A DNA stretch of 33,703 nt from Deltaproteobacteria bacterium (GCA_021163945.1 JAGGTC010000067.1:1-33703), one strand, 5' to 3'; counted from the stretch's first letter, positions 12,117 through 23,490 are shown. Notes: generated by a model from the letters alone, not told the origin. Translations and numbers: made by a program.

Positions 12117-14195
12117 GTGGGAAGGATTATACCTATTGAAAAGGTGAGAAATATAGGCTTTATGGCCCATATTGATGCAGGTAAAACGACTACGACCGAA
12201 AGGATTTTATATTATACTGGTATGTCTTATCGCATGGGCGAAGTAGACGATGGTACAGCTACAATGGACTTTATGGAGCAAGAGAGGGAACGTGGAATTA
12301 CCATTACCTCAGCCGCTACTACATGCTTTTGGAGGGGGTATCGAATCAATATCATTGATACACCAGGCCATGTAGACTTCACTATAGAGGTGGAAAGGGC
12401 ATTGCGTGTTCTGGACGGAGCAATTGCCATCTTTTGTGCTGTAGGGGGTGTAGAGCCTCAGTCAGAGACCGTTTGGAGGCAGGCAGATAAATATAAGATA
12501 CCAAGGCTGGCATTTATTAATAAGATGGATCGAGTAGGGGCAGACTTTGAAGGGTGTATAGAGATGATGATAGATCGCCTTAAGGCAAACCCTGTTATCA
12601 TCCAAATGCCATTGGGGACTGAAGATAGTTTTCATGGTATAATTGATTTAATAAAGATGAAGGCCATTGTGTATGATGAAGATACCTTTGGTGCAAGGTA
12701 TTCATATATACCTATCCCTGAGGAATTTTTAAAAAAATCACAGGCATATAGGCAAAGGATGATAGAAAAATTGGCAGATTTTGATGAAGAGATTATGGAG
12801 GCATATATTGGGGAGAAAGAGATCAACGAGCAGCAGATTTGCCTTGCCTTAAGGAGGGCTACTCTAAGTTTTAGCTTAGTACCTGTATTGTGTGGGGCGG
12901 CCTTTAAGAATAAAGGCATTCAACAACTGCTGGATGCAGTTGTAGACTATTTGCCCTCCCCTATAGATATACCTCCAGTAAAGGGCAAAAACCCTAATGG
13001 GGAGGAGGAGGTAAGGCCTGCCTCAGATGATGCACCACTTGCTGCCCTGGTATTTAAGATAATGACAGACCCATATGTAGGGCATCTTAGCTTTTTACGT
13101 ATCTATTCAGGCTCCTTGACTACAGGCACTAGTGTGCTTAATGCAGGTAAAGGGATAAAAGAAAAGATAGGAAAGCTCTTTAAAATGCATGCCAACAAGA
13201 GAGAAGAAATAAGTGAGGTCTATGCAGGGGATATTGTAGCTGCAGTAGGATTGAGGAGGGCTACTACAGGAGATACCCTTTGCGATGAAAGGGCACCTAT
13301 CATCCTAGAGACTATGGAGGTTCCAGAGCCAGTAATTTCTGTTGCCATTGAGCCTAAGACCCAAGAAGATCAAGAGAAGTTGGGAAATGCCCTACGCAAG
13401 ATTGCATTAGAGGACCCCTCCTTTAAGGTAGCCTATAATGAGGAGACTTCTCAGACCATTATTTCAGGGATGGGTGAGCTACACCTAGAGGTCATTGTAG
13501 ACCGCCTTTTTAGGGAGTTTAAGGTAAAGGCAAACATAGGCAGACCAGAAGTAGCCTATCGTGAGACCATTACACTTAAGGTAAAAAGCGAGGGGCGTTT
13601 CATCAAACAAACGGGGGGGCGTGGACAATATGGCCATGTATGGTTGGAGCTTTCCCCCCTATCTCGGGGGATGGGTTTTAATTTTATAGATGCTACATCT
13701 GGGGGTGTAATTCCAAAAGAATATATAGGGGCTATTGAAAAGGGCATTAGGGATGCGATGGAAAAGGGAGTAGTAGCGGGTTATCCGGTAATAGATGTGG
13801 AGGTAAAGTTGATAGATGGTTCATATCACGAGGTAGATTCCTCTGATGTGGCCTTTTCCATAGCCGCCTCTATGGCCTTTAAAGAGGGAATGAAAAAGGC
13901 AAAGCCTATAATATTGGAACCAATTATGTGTTTAGAGGCAATTGTGCCAGATGCCTATTTGGGAGAGGTGATGGGGGATATTACAGCAAGGCGTGGAAAG
14001 ATTATAGGGATTGAACCTAGAAAAAATGTTCAGATCATAAAGGCCTACGTGCCACTTTCAGAGATGTTTGGCTATGCTACAAAATTGAGGTCTACTACCC
14101 AGGGGAGGGCTACTTACAGTATGCACTTTTCTCACTATGAGCCTCTACCTACAAAGTTGGCAGAGACTTTGACAGCGAGGAAGACAATACATTAA
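12117..14195 (+). CDS. fusA: Elongation factor G
   Basis: G motifs [27 protein letters not shown] and NKMDR; 690+ aa with EF-G domains II-V. I prefer GTG 12117, which lies 5 nt after aggtgg. The track start GTG 12108 overlaps the rpsG stop and is the alternative. Confidence 0.95.
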   Translation: MGRIIPIEKVRNIGFMAHIDAGKTTTTERILYYTGMSYRMGEVDDGTATMDFMEQERERGITITSAATTCFWRGYRINIIDTPGHVDFTIEVERALRVLDGAIAIFCAVGGVEPQSETVWRQADKYKIPRLAFINKMDRVGADFEGCIEMMIDRLKANPVIIQMPLGTEDSFHGIIDLIKMKAIVYDEDTFGARYSYIPIPEEFLKKSQAYRQRMIEKLADFDEEIMEAYIGEKEINEQQICLALRRATLSFSLVPVLCGAAFKNKGIQQLLDAVVDYLPSPIDIPPVKGKNPNGEEEVRPASDDAPLAALVFKIMTDPYVGHLSFLRIYSGSLTTGTSVLNAGKGIKEKIGKLFKMHANKREEISEVYAGDIVAAVGLRRATTGDTLCDERAPIILETMEVPEPVISVAIEPKTQEDQEKLGNALRKIALEDPSFKVAYNEETSQTIISGMGELHLEVIVDRLFREFKVKANIGRPEVAYRETITLKVKSEGRFIKQTGGRGQYGHVWLELSPLSRGMGFNFIDATSGGVIPKEYIGAIEKGIRDAMEKGVVAGYPVIDVEVKLIDGSYHEVDSSDVAFSIAASMAFKEGMKKAKPIILEPIMCLEAIVPDAYLGEVMGDITARRGKIIGIEPRKNVQIIKAYVPLSEMFGYATKLRSTTQGRATYSMHFSHYEPLPTKLAETLTARKTIH

Positions 14196-14198
14196 AAA
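14169..14198 (+). promoter_or_regulatory. Weak candidate internal promoter for tuf: TTGACA-18 nt-TAAAAA
   Basis: A perfect -35 hexamer at 14169-14174 inside the fusA 3' end. The -10-like TAAAAA at 14193-14198 overlaps the fusA TAA stop. The -10 is poor, lacks the final T and has an 18-nt spacer. Confidence 0.25.
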
Positions 14199-14222
14199 AT
14201 TAAATAAAAAAGGAGGTCTTAG

Positions 14223-15422
14223 ATGGCAAAGGAAAAATTTGAGCGAAAAAAACCCCATGTGAATGTGGGCACAATAGGTCATATAGACCATGGAAAGACT
14301 ACCCTTACTGCTGCTATGACAAGGATCTTAGAGAAAGAAAGGTTGGCAAAATATGTCCCATTTGAGGAAATAGATAAGGCACCTGAAGAGAAGGAGAGGG
14401 GTATTACTATTGCAATTGCCCATGTAGAATATGAAACACCAAAGAGGCATTATGCCCATATAGATTGCCCTGGTCATGCAGATTATATAAAAAATACCAT
14501 AACCGGTGCTGCACAGATGGATGGTGCAATTTTGGTAGTGGCAGCAGATGATGGCCCCATGCCCCAAACACGTGAGCATATACTCTTGGCAAGGCAGGTT
14601 GGGGTTCCATCTGTAGTAGTATTTCTAAACAAGATAGATCTAGTGAAGGATGAAGAGCTTATAGAATTGGTGGAATTGGAGGTAAGGGAGTTACTCTCAA
14701 AATATGGATTTTCTGGAGATGATGTACCTGTGATTAAGGGGAGCGCACTAAAGGCATTAGAATGTGGCTGTGGGAAGAGGGATTGTCCATGGTGTGGGCC
14801 AGTATGGGAGTTGATAGATGCAATAGATAACTATATACCCGAGCCTGTTCGTGCTATAGACAAGCCATACCTTATGCCTATAGAAGATATATTCAGTATA
14901 AGTGGAAGGGGGACTGTTGTAACTGGTAGGGTAGAAAGGGGTATAATTAGACCAGGCAATGAGGTTGAGATAGTAGGACTGGGGCCTACAAGAAAGACAG
15001 TGGCAACCTCTGTAGAGATGTTTAGAAAGGTACTGGATGAGGGAAGGGCAGGAGACAATATTGGTGTACTCTTGAGAGGAATAGGGAAGGATGAGGTAGA
15101 AAGGGGGATGGTACTGGCTGCCCCTGGGACAATCAAACCTCATTCCCACTTTCTGTCTGAGGTATATGTGCTTACCAAAGAGGAAGGTGGTCGTCATACC
15201 CCATTTTTTTCAGGTTATAGACCACAGTTTTATTTTAGGACAACGGATGTAACTGGTGTAGTAAAGTTGCCAGAGGGTGTGGAGATGGTGATGCCTGGTG
15301 ACAATGTCAGTATAGAGGTAAGTTTAATAGAGCCTATTGCCCTAGAAGAGGGGCTTAGGTTTGCTATTAGAGAGGGAGGAAGGACCGTAGGGGCTGGTGT
15401 AGTCACTAAAATATTAGAATAA
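14223..15422 (+). CDS. tuf: Elongation factor Tu
   Basis: [28 protein letters not shown], and a C-terminus [15 protein letters not shown]. Strong SD aaggagg. Contains an unusual [11 protein letters not shown] segment (see findings). Confidence 0.98.
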   Translation: MAKEKFERKKPHVNVGTIGHIDHGKTTLTAAMTRILEKERLAKYVPFEEIDKAPEEKERGITIAIAHVEYETPKRHYAHIDCPGHADYIKNTITGAAQMDGAILVVAADDGPMPQTREHILLARQVGVPSVVVFLNKIDLVKDEELIELVELEVRELLSKYGFSGDDVPVIKGSALKALECGCGKRDCPWCGPVWELIDAIDNYIPEPVRAIDKPYLMPIEDIFSISGRGTVVTGRVERGIIRPGNEVEIVGLGPTRKTVATSVEMFRKVLDEGRAGDNIGVLLRGIGKDEVERGMVLAAPGTIKPHSHFLSEVYVLTKEEGGRHTPFFSGYRPQFYFRTTDVTGVVKLPEGVEMVMPGDNVSIEVSLIEPIALEEGLRFAIREGGRTVGAGVVTKILE

Positions 15423-15428
15423 TTTGGG

Positions 15429-15737
15429 ATGGAAGACCATAGGATAAGGATAAAACTGAAGGCATTTGATCATCGCCTGCTGGATCAGGCTGTGGTTCAG
15501 ATTGCAGACACAGCCAAGCGTACAGGGGCGAAGGTTGTAGGCCCTATTCCCTTGCCTACAAGGATAAGTCGGTGGACAGTGCTTAGGTCACCACATGTAG
15601 ATAAGAAGTCTAGGGAACAATTTGAGATTAGGACCCACAAAAGGCTGATAGATATTATAGAGCCAACGCAACAGACTATAGATGCGCTTATGAATTTGGA
15701 ATTGGCGGCAGGGATAGACGTAGAGATCAAACTCTAG
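15429..15737 (+). CDS. rpsJ: 30S ribosomal protein S10
   Basis: [16 protein letters not shown]...GPIPLPT...[28 protein letters not shown]-type signature. Only 6 nt after the tuf stop. Confidence 0.97.
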   Translation: MEDHRIRIKLKAFDHRLLDQAVVQIADTAKRTGAKVVGPIPLPTRISRWTVLRSPHVDKKSREQFEIRTHKRLIDIIEPTQQTIDALMNLELAAGIDVEIKL

Positions 15738-15744
15738 AGTAAAT

Positions 15745-16368
15745 ATGGCAAATTTTATTTTGGCTAGAAAGTTGGGGATGACTGCAATTTTTGCAGAGGA
15801 CAGTAATATAGTCCCGGTGACTGTGCTGGAGGCAGGTCCATGTACAGTTGTCTATAAAAAGACATTAGAAAGAGATGGTTATAAGGCAGTACAGCTAGGT
15901 TTTTTGCCCAAGAAACCATCCCGAATAAATAAGCCCTTATTAGGGCACTTCAAAAAGGCAAATATTACAGGGGGTTTTTATTACCTTAGAGAATTTAGGG
16001 TTGAGGATCTAGAGGCATTTGAGATTGGCCAAGTAATCACTGTAGATGGGTTTAAGGTAGGGGATAAGGTAACTGTGACTGGAACAAGTAAGGGGAGGGG
16101 ATTTGCAGGTACAGTCAAAAGGTGGGGCTTTAAAACAGGGCCCCAGACACATGGGAGCAGATCCCACCGTATACCCGGTTCCATAGGGACAAGCACCTTC
16201 CCTGGCCGGGTGATAAAGGGAAAGAAGATGGCTGGTCATATGGGTAATAGAAGGGTAACTATTAAAAATCTGACTGTGGTAGAGGTAAGACCAGAACAAA
16301 ACCTGCTGTTGCTGAAGGGGGCTGTTCCTGGTAGTAGAAATAGCTTGGTAATGATAAGGAAGCAGTGA
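15745..16368 (+). CDS. rplC: 50S ribosomal protein L3
   Basis: KLGMTAIF...[30 protein letters not shown]...[12 protein letters not shown]. Confidence 0.97.
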   Translation: MANFILARKLGMTAIFAEDSNIVPVTVLEAGPCTVVYKKTLERDGYKAVQLGFLPKKPSRINKPLLGHFKKANITGGFYYLREFRVEDLEAFEIGQVITVDGFKVGDKVTVTGTSKGRGFAGTVKRWGFKTGPQTHGSRSHRIPGSIGTSTFPGRVIKGKKMAGHMGNRRVTIKNLTVVEVRPEQNLLLLKGAVPGSRNSLVMIRKQ

Positions 16369-16991
16369 TGCCAAAGGTACCTTTGCTAAACCAAAGTGGG
16401 GAAAAAATAGGCGAGATTGAATTAAGTGATTCTATATTTGATGTAAAGATTAGGCCATATATTATCTATGAGGTAGTAAAGTGGCAATTGGCCAAAAGAC
16501 GTGCAGGCACTGCCTCTACCAAAACACGGGGTGAGGTAAGGGGAGGAGGGCGTAAGCCCTGGCGTCAAAAGGGGACTGGACGTGCTAGGGTTGGCAGTAT
16601 CCGTTCACCCCTTTGGAGGGGGGGAGGGGTAATATTTGGTCCAAGGCCTAGAGACTATGCATACAGTTTGCCAAAGAAGGTAAGGAGACAGGCAATAAAG
16701 ATGGCCCTTACATCAAGGCTTAAAGAAGGTCGGTTAATAGTAGTAGATGATATCTCACTAGATGCCATTAAGACAAAAAAATTTTTAGAGGTTATGAATA
16801 ACCTAAGATTGGAAAAGGCACTTATAGTTACCAATGGTCACAGGGAAAGACTTGAACTCTCTGCAAGAAATGTCCCTAATTTTCAGGTAATGCCTGTAGA
16901 TGGATTAAATGTATATGACATTTTGAGATACCAATATTTGGTCTTATTAAGAGAGTCCATTTTGAAGATTGAAGAGAGATTAGCGGCATGA
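16368..16991 (+). CDS. rplD: 50S ribosomal protein L4
   Basis: [36 protein letters not shown] prefer ATG 16368 (TGATG overlap with the rplC stop). GTG 16365 in the track is the alternative. Confidence 0.96.
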   Translation: MPKVPLLNQSGEKIGEIELSDSIFDVKIRPYIIYEVVKWQLAKRRAGTASTKTRGEVRGGGRKPWRQKGTGRARVGSIRSPLWRGGGVIFGPRPRDYAYSLPKKVRRQAIKMALTSRLKEGRLIVVDDISLDAIKTKKFLEVMNNLRLEKALIVTNGHRERLELSARNVPNFQVMPVDGLNVYDILRYQYLVLLRESILKIEERLAA

Positions 16992-17278
16992 AGGATTTAT
17001 ATCAGATTATTAAAAGGCCTATCATTACCGAGAAGAGCAATAGGCAAAAGGAGCTTTCAAATCAAATTACATTTGAGGTTGATAGAAAGGCAAATAAGAT
17101 TGAAATAAAACAGGCAATAGAGAGGCTTTTTAATGTGAAGGTCATAAAGGTGAATACATTTAGGGTAAAGGGAAAGGAGAAAATGGTAGGGGGGAGACGG
17201 GGAAGGACAAGGCATTGGAAAAAGGCCATAGTGACATTGAGAACAGGGGATCATATAGAATTCTTTGAGGGTGTTTAG
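16988..17278 (+). CDS. rplW: 50S ribosomal protein L23
   Basis: [11 protein letters not shown]...[30 protein letters not shown] overlap with rplD. Confidence 0.96.
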   Translation: MKDLYQIIKRPIITEKSNRQKELSNQITFEVDRKANKIEIKQAIERLFNVKVIKVNTFRVKGKEKMVGGRRGRTRHWKKAIVTLRTGDHIEFFEGV

Positions 17279-18097
17279 ATGATTAGAAGGTGCAAACCTA
17301 CCTCACCTGGAAGGAGATTTCAGTCATACTTGATATCTGAGGAGATTACTAAAAAAACCCCTGAAAAAAGTCTCCTTGTACCCCTTAAGAAAAAAGGAGG
17401 CCGCAATGTCTATGGGAGAATAACCTGTAGGCATAAGGGAGGGGGCCATAAAAGGCTCTATCGTATTATTGATTTTAAGCGAGACAAAGACAATGTCCCA
17501 GCAAAGGTAGCAGCCATTGAGTATGACCCCAACCGCCCTGCCAGGATTGCCCTACTGCATTATGCCGATGGGGAGAAGAGGTATATAATAGCCCCTTTAG
17601 GGCTTAATGTAGGTGATACCGTTGTCTCCAGTGAGACTGCGGATATTAGGCCAGGTAATTGCCTGCCACTGAGGGTAATACCAATAGGTACCATTGTCCA
17701 CAACGTAGAGATTCGCCCTGGCAAGGGTGGGCAGATAGCAAGAAGTGCTGGGAGTTATGCCCAGATACTGGCAAAAGAGGGGTCTTATGCACACCTAAGA
17801 CTTCCCTCTGGAGAGGTAAGGCTGATAAGGCTAGAGTGTAAGGCAACCATAGGACAGGTAGGAAATTTAGACCATATGCATGTTCACATAGGAAAGGCTG
17901 GAAGGGCTAGGCACCTGGGGATTCGGCCTAGTGTGAGGGGTGTTGCTATGAATCCCATTGACCACCCAATGGGAGGCGGTGAGGGAAGGTCATCTGGGGG
18001 AAGGCATCCTTGTACACCTTGGGGGAAGCCTACCAAAGGATATAAAACAAGGAAGAAAAAACTAAGCGATAAATATATTATTAAAAGGAGAAAATAG
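17279..18097 (+). CDS. rplB: 50S ribosomal protein L2
   Basis: KPTSPGRR...[22 protein letters not shown]...[26 protein letters not shown]. Confidence 0.98.
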   Translation: MIRRCKPTSPGRRFQSYLISEEITKKTPEKSLLVPLKKKGGRNVYGRITCRHKGGGHKRLYRIIDFKRDKDNVPAKVAAIEYDPNRPARIALLHYADGEKRYIIAPLGLNVGDTVVSSETADIRPGNCLPLRVIPIGTIVHNVEIRPGKGGQIARSAGSYAQILAKEGSYAHLRLPSGEVRLIRLECKATIGQVGNLDHMHVHIGKAGRARHLGIRPSVRGVAMNPIDHPMGGGEGRSSGGRHPCTPWGKPTKGYKTRKKKLSDKYIIKRRK

Positions 18098-18100
18098 GAG

Positions 18101-18391
18101 ATGGGGCGCTCTGTTAAAAAGGGGCCATTTGTAGATGAAAAATTGTTAAAAAAAGTAAATAAAATCAAAGAATCTGGTGAGAAGAAGGTTATTAAGACCT
18201 GGTCAAGGCGTTCTACCATCATCCCTGACTTTGTAGGCCTGACATTTGCAGTCCATAATGGCCGTAAATTTATTCCTGTTTATGTAACAGAAAATATGGT
18301 CGGGCATAAGTTAGGTGAGTTTGCACCAACTAGGGTATTTTATGGACATGCTGGAGATAAAAAGGGAAGGGTAAAAGGGAAGAAGAAGTGA
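18101..18391 (+). CDS. rpsS: 30S ribosomal protein S19
   Basis: [11 protein letters not shown]...[46 protein letters not shown]. Confidence 0.98.
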   Translation: MGRSVKKGPFVDEKLLKKVNKIKESGEKKVIKTWSRRSTIIPDFVGLTFAVHNGRKFIPVYVTENMVGHKLGEFAPTRVFYGHAGDKKGRVKGKKK

Positions 18392-18729
18392 TGGAAGTAA
18401 AGGCAGTAGCCAAATATGTGCGTATATCTCCTAGAAAGGTAAGGTTGGTGATTGACTTGGTGAGGGGAAAGAGGGTGGATGAATCGTTAAATATCTTACA
18501 ATTTACCCCTAAAAGGGCAGCCCATATAGTTAGAAAACTGATAAAATCGGCAATAGCCAATGCAGAACAAAAACCTGATGTAGATATAGATAATCTCTAT
18601 ATCAAATACATTTATGCCGATGAAGGCCCTACACTTAAACGCTATAGGGCCAGGGCCTTGGGGCGTGCGGTTAGGATTAGGAGAAGGACCAGTCACATTA
18701 CAGTAGTTTTGGATGAGATACTGGAATAA
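18391..18729 (+). CDS. rplV: 50S ribosomal protein L22
   Basis: [27 protein letters not shown]...[33 protein letters not shown] prefer ATG 18391 (TGATG overlap). The track start GTG 18388 is the alternative. Confidence 0.96.
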   Translation: MEVKAVAKYVRISPRKVRLVIDLVRGKRVDESLNILQFTPKRAAHIVRKLIKSAIANAEQKPDVDIDNLYIKYIYADEGPTLKRYRARALGRAVRIRRRTSHITVVLDEILE

Positions 18730-18747
18730 ACTAAAAAGGAGGTAATA

Positions 18748-19386
18748 TTGGGGCAAAAGGTACACCCAATTGGGTTTAGATTGGGGATTACAAAGACATG
18801 GGTCTCACGTTGGTATGCAGAAAAGGAATATCCCAAGTTTATAGTAGAAGACTACAACATTAGGTCATTTATTAAAAATAAACTCTATCATGCAGGCATC
18901 TCTAAGATAGAGATTGAACGGGCAGTCAATAGGGTACACATAAAGATCCATACTGCAAGGCCAGGGGTAGTGATTGGCAAGAAGGGAACAGAGATAGAAA
19001 AGATTAAGTCAGACCTGGAAAGGAAGCTAAAGAGGGAGACAATGATTGATGTTTTAGAGGTGAGACACCCAGAGATAGATGCACAATTGGTAGCAGAAAA
19101 TATCGCCTTACAACTGGAGAGGCGTGTGGCCTTTAGGAGGGCTATGAAGAGGGCAGTAACAACTGCATTGAGGTTTGGGGCCAAGGGTATTAAGGTAGAG
19201 TGCTCAGGCCGTTTAGGTGGGGCAGAGATGGCCCGGACAGAGTGGTATCGTGAGGGCCGTGTGCCACTTCATACATTAAGGGCAGATATTGACTATGGCC
19301 TTGCAGAGGCAAAGACCATTTATGGAATAATTGGTGTCAAGGTGTGGATCTTTAAGGGAGAGATCCTAGAAGAAGAGGGTGAGTGA
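18748..19386 (+). CDS. rpsC: 30S ribosomal protein S3
   Basis: TTG start after aaaggagg. [13 protein letters not shown]..., a KH domain, and [31 protein letters not shown]. Confidence 0.97.
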   Translation: MGQKVHPIGFRLGITKTWVSRWYAEKEYPKFIVEDYNIRSFIKNKLYHAGISKIEIERAVNRVHIKIHTARPGVVIGKKGTEIEKIKSDLERKLKRETMIDVLEVRHPEIDAQLVAENIALQLERRVAFRRAMKRAVTTALRFGAKGIKVECSGRLGGAEMARTEWYREGRVPLHTLRADIDYGLAEAKTIYGIIGVKVWIFKGEILEEEGE

Positions 19387-19805
19387 TGTTAGCGCCAAAG
19401 AAGGTCAAGTATAGAAAGAGGCAAACAGGCAGGATGAAGGGGATGGCCTGTAGGGGCTCTACCCTTGTCTTTGGAGATTATGGTATTAAGGCCTTAAGCT
19501 GTGGGTATTTGACTGCCCATCAAATAGAGGCAGCCAGGGTGGCCATTACCCGTCATCTAAAGAGGGGAGGAAAGGTTTGGATTAGGGTCTTTCCTGATAA
19601 GCCAATTACAAAAAAACCTGCTGAATCTAGGATGGGAAAGGGCAAAGGCTCAGTGGAGGGCTGGGTTGCCGTAATTAAGCCTGGAAGGATACTTTATGAG
19701 ATAAAAGGTGTATCCGAGGAGCTGGCCTTAGAGGCGCTAAGGCTGGCCTCCTATAAATTACCAATGTCAACCAAGATTGTGAGGAGGAGCTCTATAGAGC
19801 TCTAA
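19386..19805 (+). CDS. rplP: 50S ribosomal protein L16
   Basis: [19 protein letters not shown]...[26 protein letters not shown] prefer ATG 19386 (TGATG overlap). The track start GTG 19383 is the alternative. Confidence 0.96.
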   Translation: MLAPKKVKYRKRQTGRMKGMACRGSTLVFGDYGIKALSCGYLTAHQIEAARVAITRHLKRGGKVWIRVFPDKPITKKPAESRMGKGKGSVEGWVAVIKPGRILYEIKGVSEELALEALRLASYKLPMSTKIVRRSSIEL

Positions 19806-19811
19806 ATTTAT

Positions 19812-19997
19812 ATGCGGGCGAGTGAATTGCACAAACTTAGCGATAGGGAGCTTGAGGTAAAGCTCTCTGAGTTGGAGCAAGAGTTATTTAATCTGAGGTT
19901 TCAACATGCTACTGGGCAGTTAGAAAATGTAAAACGCCTTTCTGTGGTAAAAAAGGACATTGCAAGGATTAAAACCATATTGAGGCAGCGGAGGTAG
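19812..19997 (+). CDS. rpmC: 50S ribosomal protein L29
   Basis: 61 aa; [22 protein letters not shown] motif. Conserved position between rplP and rpsQ. Confidence 0.95.
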   Translation: MRASELHKLSDRELEVKLSELEQELFNLRFQHATGQLENVKRLSVVKKDIARIKTILRQRR

Positions 19998-19999
19998 AT

Positions 20000-20245
20000 G
20001 TGCCTAGAAGGATATTTGATGGGGTTGTTGTGAGCAACAAGATGGATAAAACAGTAGTGGTGATGGTAGAGAGGTTGGTTAAACACCCTCGTGTGGGTAA
20101 GTATATAAGGCGGCGGACAAAATTTATGGCCCATGATGAAAAAAATGACTGCCATATAGGGGATTTGGTCCGTATTATAGAGAGTAGGCCACTTAGTAAA
20201 CACAAACGCTGGAGGGTACTAAAGATACTAAAAGGGGCAAAATGA
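20000..20245 (+). CDS. rpsQ: 30S ribosomal protein S17
   Basis: GTG start. [40 protein letters not shown]. Confidence 0.96.
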   Translation: MPRRIFDGVVVSNKMDKTVVVMVERLVKHPRVGKYIRRRTKFMAHDEKNDCHIGDLVRIIESRPLSKHKRWRVLKILKGAK

Positions 20246-20610
20246 TTCAGGTACAAACTGAGTGTAAAGTAACAGATAATACAGGGGCAAAAAAGGCACT
20301 GTGTATTGGTATATCTGGTAGTGGCCATAAACGCTGTGCAAGGATTGGGGATGTTATAGTGGTCTCTATAAAAGATGCATTACCAAATTCTAAGGTGGAG
20401 AAGGGGTCTATTGCTAGGGCAGTAGTGGTGCGGACAAAGAAGGAGTTGCCACGCCCAGATGGAAGCTTTATTCGATTTGATGATAATGCAGTTGTTTTAA
20501 TAGACCCAAATGGTGAACCTATAGGCACTCGTATTTTTGGCCCTGTAGCTAGGGAGCTAAGATTAAAAAAATTTATGAAGATTATATCCTTGGCACCTGA
20601 GGTAGTATAA
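20242..20610 (+). CDS. rplN: 50S ribosomal protein L14
   Basis: [18 protein letters not shown]...[11 protein letters not shown]...[15 protein letters not shown] overlap with rpsQ. Confidence 0.98.
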   Translation: MIQVQTECKVTDNTGAKKALCIGISGSGHKRCARIGDVIVVSIKDALPNSKVEKGSIARAVVVRTKKELPRPDGSFIRFDDNAVVLIDPNGEPIGTRIFGPVARELRLKKFMKIISLAPEVV

Positions 20611-20611
20611 A

Positions 20612-20935
20612 ATGAAATTCCATGTGAGAAGAGATGATAGGGTAATGGTCATAGCAGGAAAAGATAGGGGTAAGATTGGTAAAATCCTTAAGGTATTTCC
20701 AAAAAAACAGCTTGTAATTGTAGAAAAGGTGAATGTAGTCAAACGACATGCCCGTCCTAGCCCTACTACAGGTAAAGGTGGTATTATTGAAAAAGAGGCC
20801 CCTATTCATATATCAAATGTGATGATAATGTGTGATAAGTGTATGAAACCTGTAAGGGTTGGTCATAAATTTTTAGAGGATGGGCGCAAGGTAAGGTATT
20901 GCAAAAAGTGTGGTGAAATTATTGATAAGGTTTAG
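20612..20935 (+). CDS. rplX: 50S ribosomal protein L24 (Cys4 form)
   Basis: KOW motif [38 protein letters not shown], and a C-terminal CDKC...CKKC pair. Confidence 0.96.
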   Translation: MKFHVRRDDRVMVIAGKDRGKIGKILKVFPKKQLVIVEKVNVVKRHARPSPTTGKGGIIEKEAPIHISNVMIMCDKCMKPVRVGHKFLEDGRKVRYCKKCGEIIDKV

Positions 20936-20940
20936 TAAGG

Positions 20941-21486
20941 ATGAAGGCAAGACTTCAGGAATATTATGAAAAAGAGGTAGTTCCTCAACTTATGAAGGAA
21001 ATGGGTTATAAAAATCCTATGCAAGTGCCAAGATTGGTAAAGATAGTAATCAATATGGGCATCGGTGAGGCTACTCAGAACATAAAGGTCTTAGATGCAG
21101 CTGTGGAAGAGCTGGCAATAATAGCAGGTCAGCGTCCAATAATAAGAAGGGCAAAGAGGTCCATTGCCGCCTTTAAGTTAAAGGCAGGCATGCCTATAGG
21201 TTGTAAGGTAACCCTGCGCAGGGAAAGGATGTATGACTTTTTGGATAAGCTTATTCACTTTGCCTTACCAAGGGTTAGAGATTTTAAGGGACTCTCGGCC
21301 AAGTCCTTTGATGGTCGAGGTAACTATAGCATAGGTATACGTGAACATATTATCTTTCCTGAGATAAATTATGATAAGATTGATAAAATAAAGGGGATGA
21401 ATATTACATTTGTTACAACAGCAAAGACGGACAAGGAGGGAAGGGCGCTTTTAAAAAAATTGGGTCTACCCTTAAGGGAGTTGTAG
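20941..21486 (+). CDS. rplE: 50S ribosomal protein L5
   Basis: [40 protein letters not shown]...[17 protein letters not shown]. Confidence 0.98.
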   Translation: MKARLQEYYEKEVVPQLMKEMGYKNPMQVPRLVKIVINMGIGEATQNIKVLDAAVEELAIIAGQRPIIRRAKRSIAAFKLKAGMPIGCKVTLRRERMYDFLDKLIHFALPRVRDFKGLSAKSFDGRGNYSIGIREHIIFPEINYDKIDKIKGMNITFVTTAKTDKEGRALLKKLGLPLREL

Positions 21487-21491
21487 TCATT

Positions 21492-21514
21492 GCAAAATTT
21501 TACAAAATTTTGTA
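21492..21514. repeat. Two AAAATTTT blocks phased 10 bp apart, containing a perfect 14-bp palindrome TACAAAATTTTGTA (21501-21514). Function unknown.
   Basis: Read directly: gCAAAATTTT aCAAAATTTT gta. It lies in the 46-nt SD-poor spacer between rplE and rpsN. Confidence 0.6.
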
Positions 21515-21532
21515 ATTAATTTGGGATTTCTT

Positions 21533-21718
21533 ATGGCAAGGAAGGCATTAAGAGTAAAGGCTGAGCGGGCTCCAAAGTTTAGGGTAAGGAAATATAATCG
21601 CTGCCCTTTGTGTGGGAGGGCAAGGGGATTCTTACGTAAATTTGGGATATGTCGTATTTGCTTTCGAACCTTGGCCCTAAAAGGGGAGATTCCTGGCATA
21701 ATTAAAGCAAGTTGGTGA
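21533..21718 (+). CDS. rpsN: 30S ribosomal protein S14, type Z (zinc-binding, 61 aa)
   Basis: [61 protein letters not shown]. The 61-aa length and CxxC...CxxC are typical of type-Z S14. The track TTG 21521 start adds 4 non-conserved residues. Confidence 0.95.
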   Translation: MARKALRVKAERAPKFRVRKYNRCPLCGRARGFLRKFGICRICFRTLALKGEIPGIIKASW

Positions 21719-21721
21719 GAT

Positions 21722-22123
21722 ATGTCAAGCATAAATGACCCTATTGCAGATATGTTGACTAGGATAAGGAATGCTGCTATGGCAAAAAAGGATACAGTTG
21801 AAATACCTGCATCTAAGATAAAATTAAGCATTGCCAAGATTTTAAAGGAAGAGGGTTATATTCAACAGTACAATTTTATAAAGGATGGAAAACAAGGGGT
21901 TATTAAGATTATATTTAAGTATGACGAGAACAAAAAATGTGCCATTTCTCACCTAGAGCGGGTAAGTAAACCAGGACGGCGTGTGTATGTAAAGAAGAGG
22001 CAAATTCCTTATGTACTTAATGGATTAGGGATTGCCATCCTCTCTACACCAAAAGGGGTACTAACAGATAAGCAGGCAAGGAAATTGGGAGTGGGTGGGG
22101 AGTGGCTCTGTTCTATTTGGTAA
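21722..22123 (+). CDS. rpsH: 30S ribosomal protein S8
   Basis: [13 protein letters not shown]...ILKEEGYI...[31 protein letters not shown]. Confidence 0.98.
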   Translation: MSSINDPIADMLTRIRNAAMAKKDTVEIPASKIKLSIAKILKEEGYIQQYNFIKDGKQGVIKIIFKYDENKKCAISHLERVSKPGRRVYVKKRQIPYVLNGLGIAILSTPKGVLTDKQARKLGVGGEWLCSIW

Positions 22124-22135
22124 GGGGGTATATCT

Positions 22136-22669
22136 GTGTCAAGGATAGGAAAGGCGCCTATAATCGTCCCTGATAAGGTTCAGGTAGAGATAAGTGATAG
22201 GAGGATTAAGGTAAAGGGGCCAAAAGGTGCATTAGAAAGGGAGATACCCCTTAATATCAAGGTTGAAAAAGAGGGGAATATAATAAAGGTTTTAAGATCC
22301 AATGATTCAAAAAAGGTGAAGGCCCTTCATGGGCTGACCAGGGCACTCATTGCCAATATGGTTAGTGGGGTCTGTGATGGTTTTAAAAAGATACTTGTGA
22401 TCGAAGGATTGGGGTATAAAGCAGAGACAAAAGGCAATAAATTGGTATTGCACCTAGGTTATTCACATCCTATAGAATATGAGGCAAAAGAGGGGGTCAA
22501 ATTTTATGTAGAGGGAAATAAGGTAATTGTAGAGGGGATTGATAAGGAGTTAGTGGGTCAATCTGCTGCTATTATAAGGCAGTTTCATCCCCCAGAACCC
22601 TATAAAGGTAAAGGCATTCGCTATATTGATGAAAGGATATGGAGGAAGGTCGGTAAGGGTAAGAAATGA
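22136..22669 (+). CDS. rplF: 50S ribosomal protein L6
   Basis: GTG start. [18 protein letters not shown]...GYSHPIEY...[11 protein letters not shown]. Confidence 0.97.
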   Translation: MSRIGKAPIIVPDKVQVEISDRRIKVKGPKGALEREIPLNIKVEKEGNIIKVLRSNDSKKVKALHGLTRALIANMVSGVCDGFKKILVIEGLGYKAETKGNKLVLHLGYSHPIEYEAKEGVKFYVEGNKVIVEGIDKELVGQSAAIIRQFHPPEPYKGKGIRYIDERIWRKVGKGKK

Positions 22670-23034
22670 TTGGGGCAAAAGAGAAGAGGCTTGCCAGACT
22701 TAGACGCAAAAGGCGCATCCGTAAAAAGATATTTGGTACAGAAGAAAGGCCAAGGCTTTGTGTTTTTAAAAGCAACAGACACATCTATGCCCAAATGATT
22801 AATGATGTAGAGGGAACTACCTTAGCTGCTGCATGTTCCCTAGAGCCTGAGGTGCGAAAGAATACCGTGGGTCAAAGACGTATGGAGATATCCAAAATAG
22901 TAGGAAGGTTGATAGCCAAGAGGGCACTAGAGAAGGGGATTAAAAAGGTTGTATTTGACAGAAATGGGTTTCTTTATCATGGGTGTATAAAGGCCCTAGC
23001 AGATGCCGCAAGAGAGGAGGGATTACAATTTTAA
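22666..23034 (+). CDS. rplR: 50S ribosomal protein L18
   Basis: [20 protein letters not shown]...[32 protein letters not shown] overlap with rplF. Confidence 0.97.
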   Translation: MIGAKEKRLARLRRKRRIRKKIFGTEERPRLCVFKSNRHIYAQMINDVEGTTLAAACSLEPEVRKNTVGQRRMEISKIVGRLIAKRALEKGIKKVVFDRNGFLYHGCIKALADAAREEGLQF

Positions 23035-23037
23035 GAT

Positions 23038-23490
23038 ATGGTTGAAGAGGAAAAGAAACAATTAATAGATAAGGTAGTGGATATCCGTCGGGTGGCCAAG
23101 GTAGTAAAAGGGGGGAGGAGATTCAAATTTAGTGCCTTGGTTGTGGTGGGTGATGGCCAAGGCATGGTAGGTTATGCCTTAGGGAAGGCACATGAGGTGC
23201 CAGATGCCATCCATAAGGCCGTTGAGCGTGCAAAAAAGAATATGATTAAGGTCCCACTTATGGGGTCTACTATATGCCATGAGGTTATTGGTCATTTTGG
23301 TGCAGCCAAGGTCTTGTTAAAACCCGCATCAAGGGGTACGGGCATCAAGGCGGGTGGGGCAGTAAGGGCCATTATGGAGGCAGTGGGTGTTCAGGATGTC
23401 TTGACAAAGTGTTTGGGTTCAAAAAACCCCCACAATGTGGTAAAGGCAGTGATGAATGGACTTTCCAAAATGAAGGGGAAGGGAAATTGA
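23038..23490 (+). CDS. rpsE: 30S ribosomal protein S5
   Basis: [46 protein letters not shown]...[12 protein letters not shown]. Confidence 0.98.
   Translation: MVEEEKKQLIDKVVDIRRVAKVVKGGRRFKFSALVVVGDGQGMVGYALGKAHEVPDAIHKAVERAKKNMIKVPLMGSTICHEVIGHFGAAKVLLKPASRGTGIKAGGAVRAIMEAVGVQDVLTKCLGSKNPHNVVKAVMNGLSKMKGKGN

Noticed and set aside
21487-21837. A 116-aa minus-strand ORF covering the rplE-rpsN spacer, rpsN and the rpsH start
   Set aside because: It is antisense to two unmistakable r-protein genes, and no independent signals support it. The spacer is better explained as a regulatory or structural element of the + strand.
23409-23486. A long version of rpmD starting at ATG 23409 (86 aa)
   Set aside because: The first 26 codons lie out of frame inside rpsE and have no L30 similarity. 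TTG 23487, with an upstream SD-like purine tract, gives the canonical 60-aa L30.
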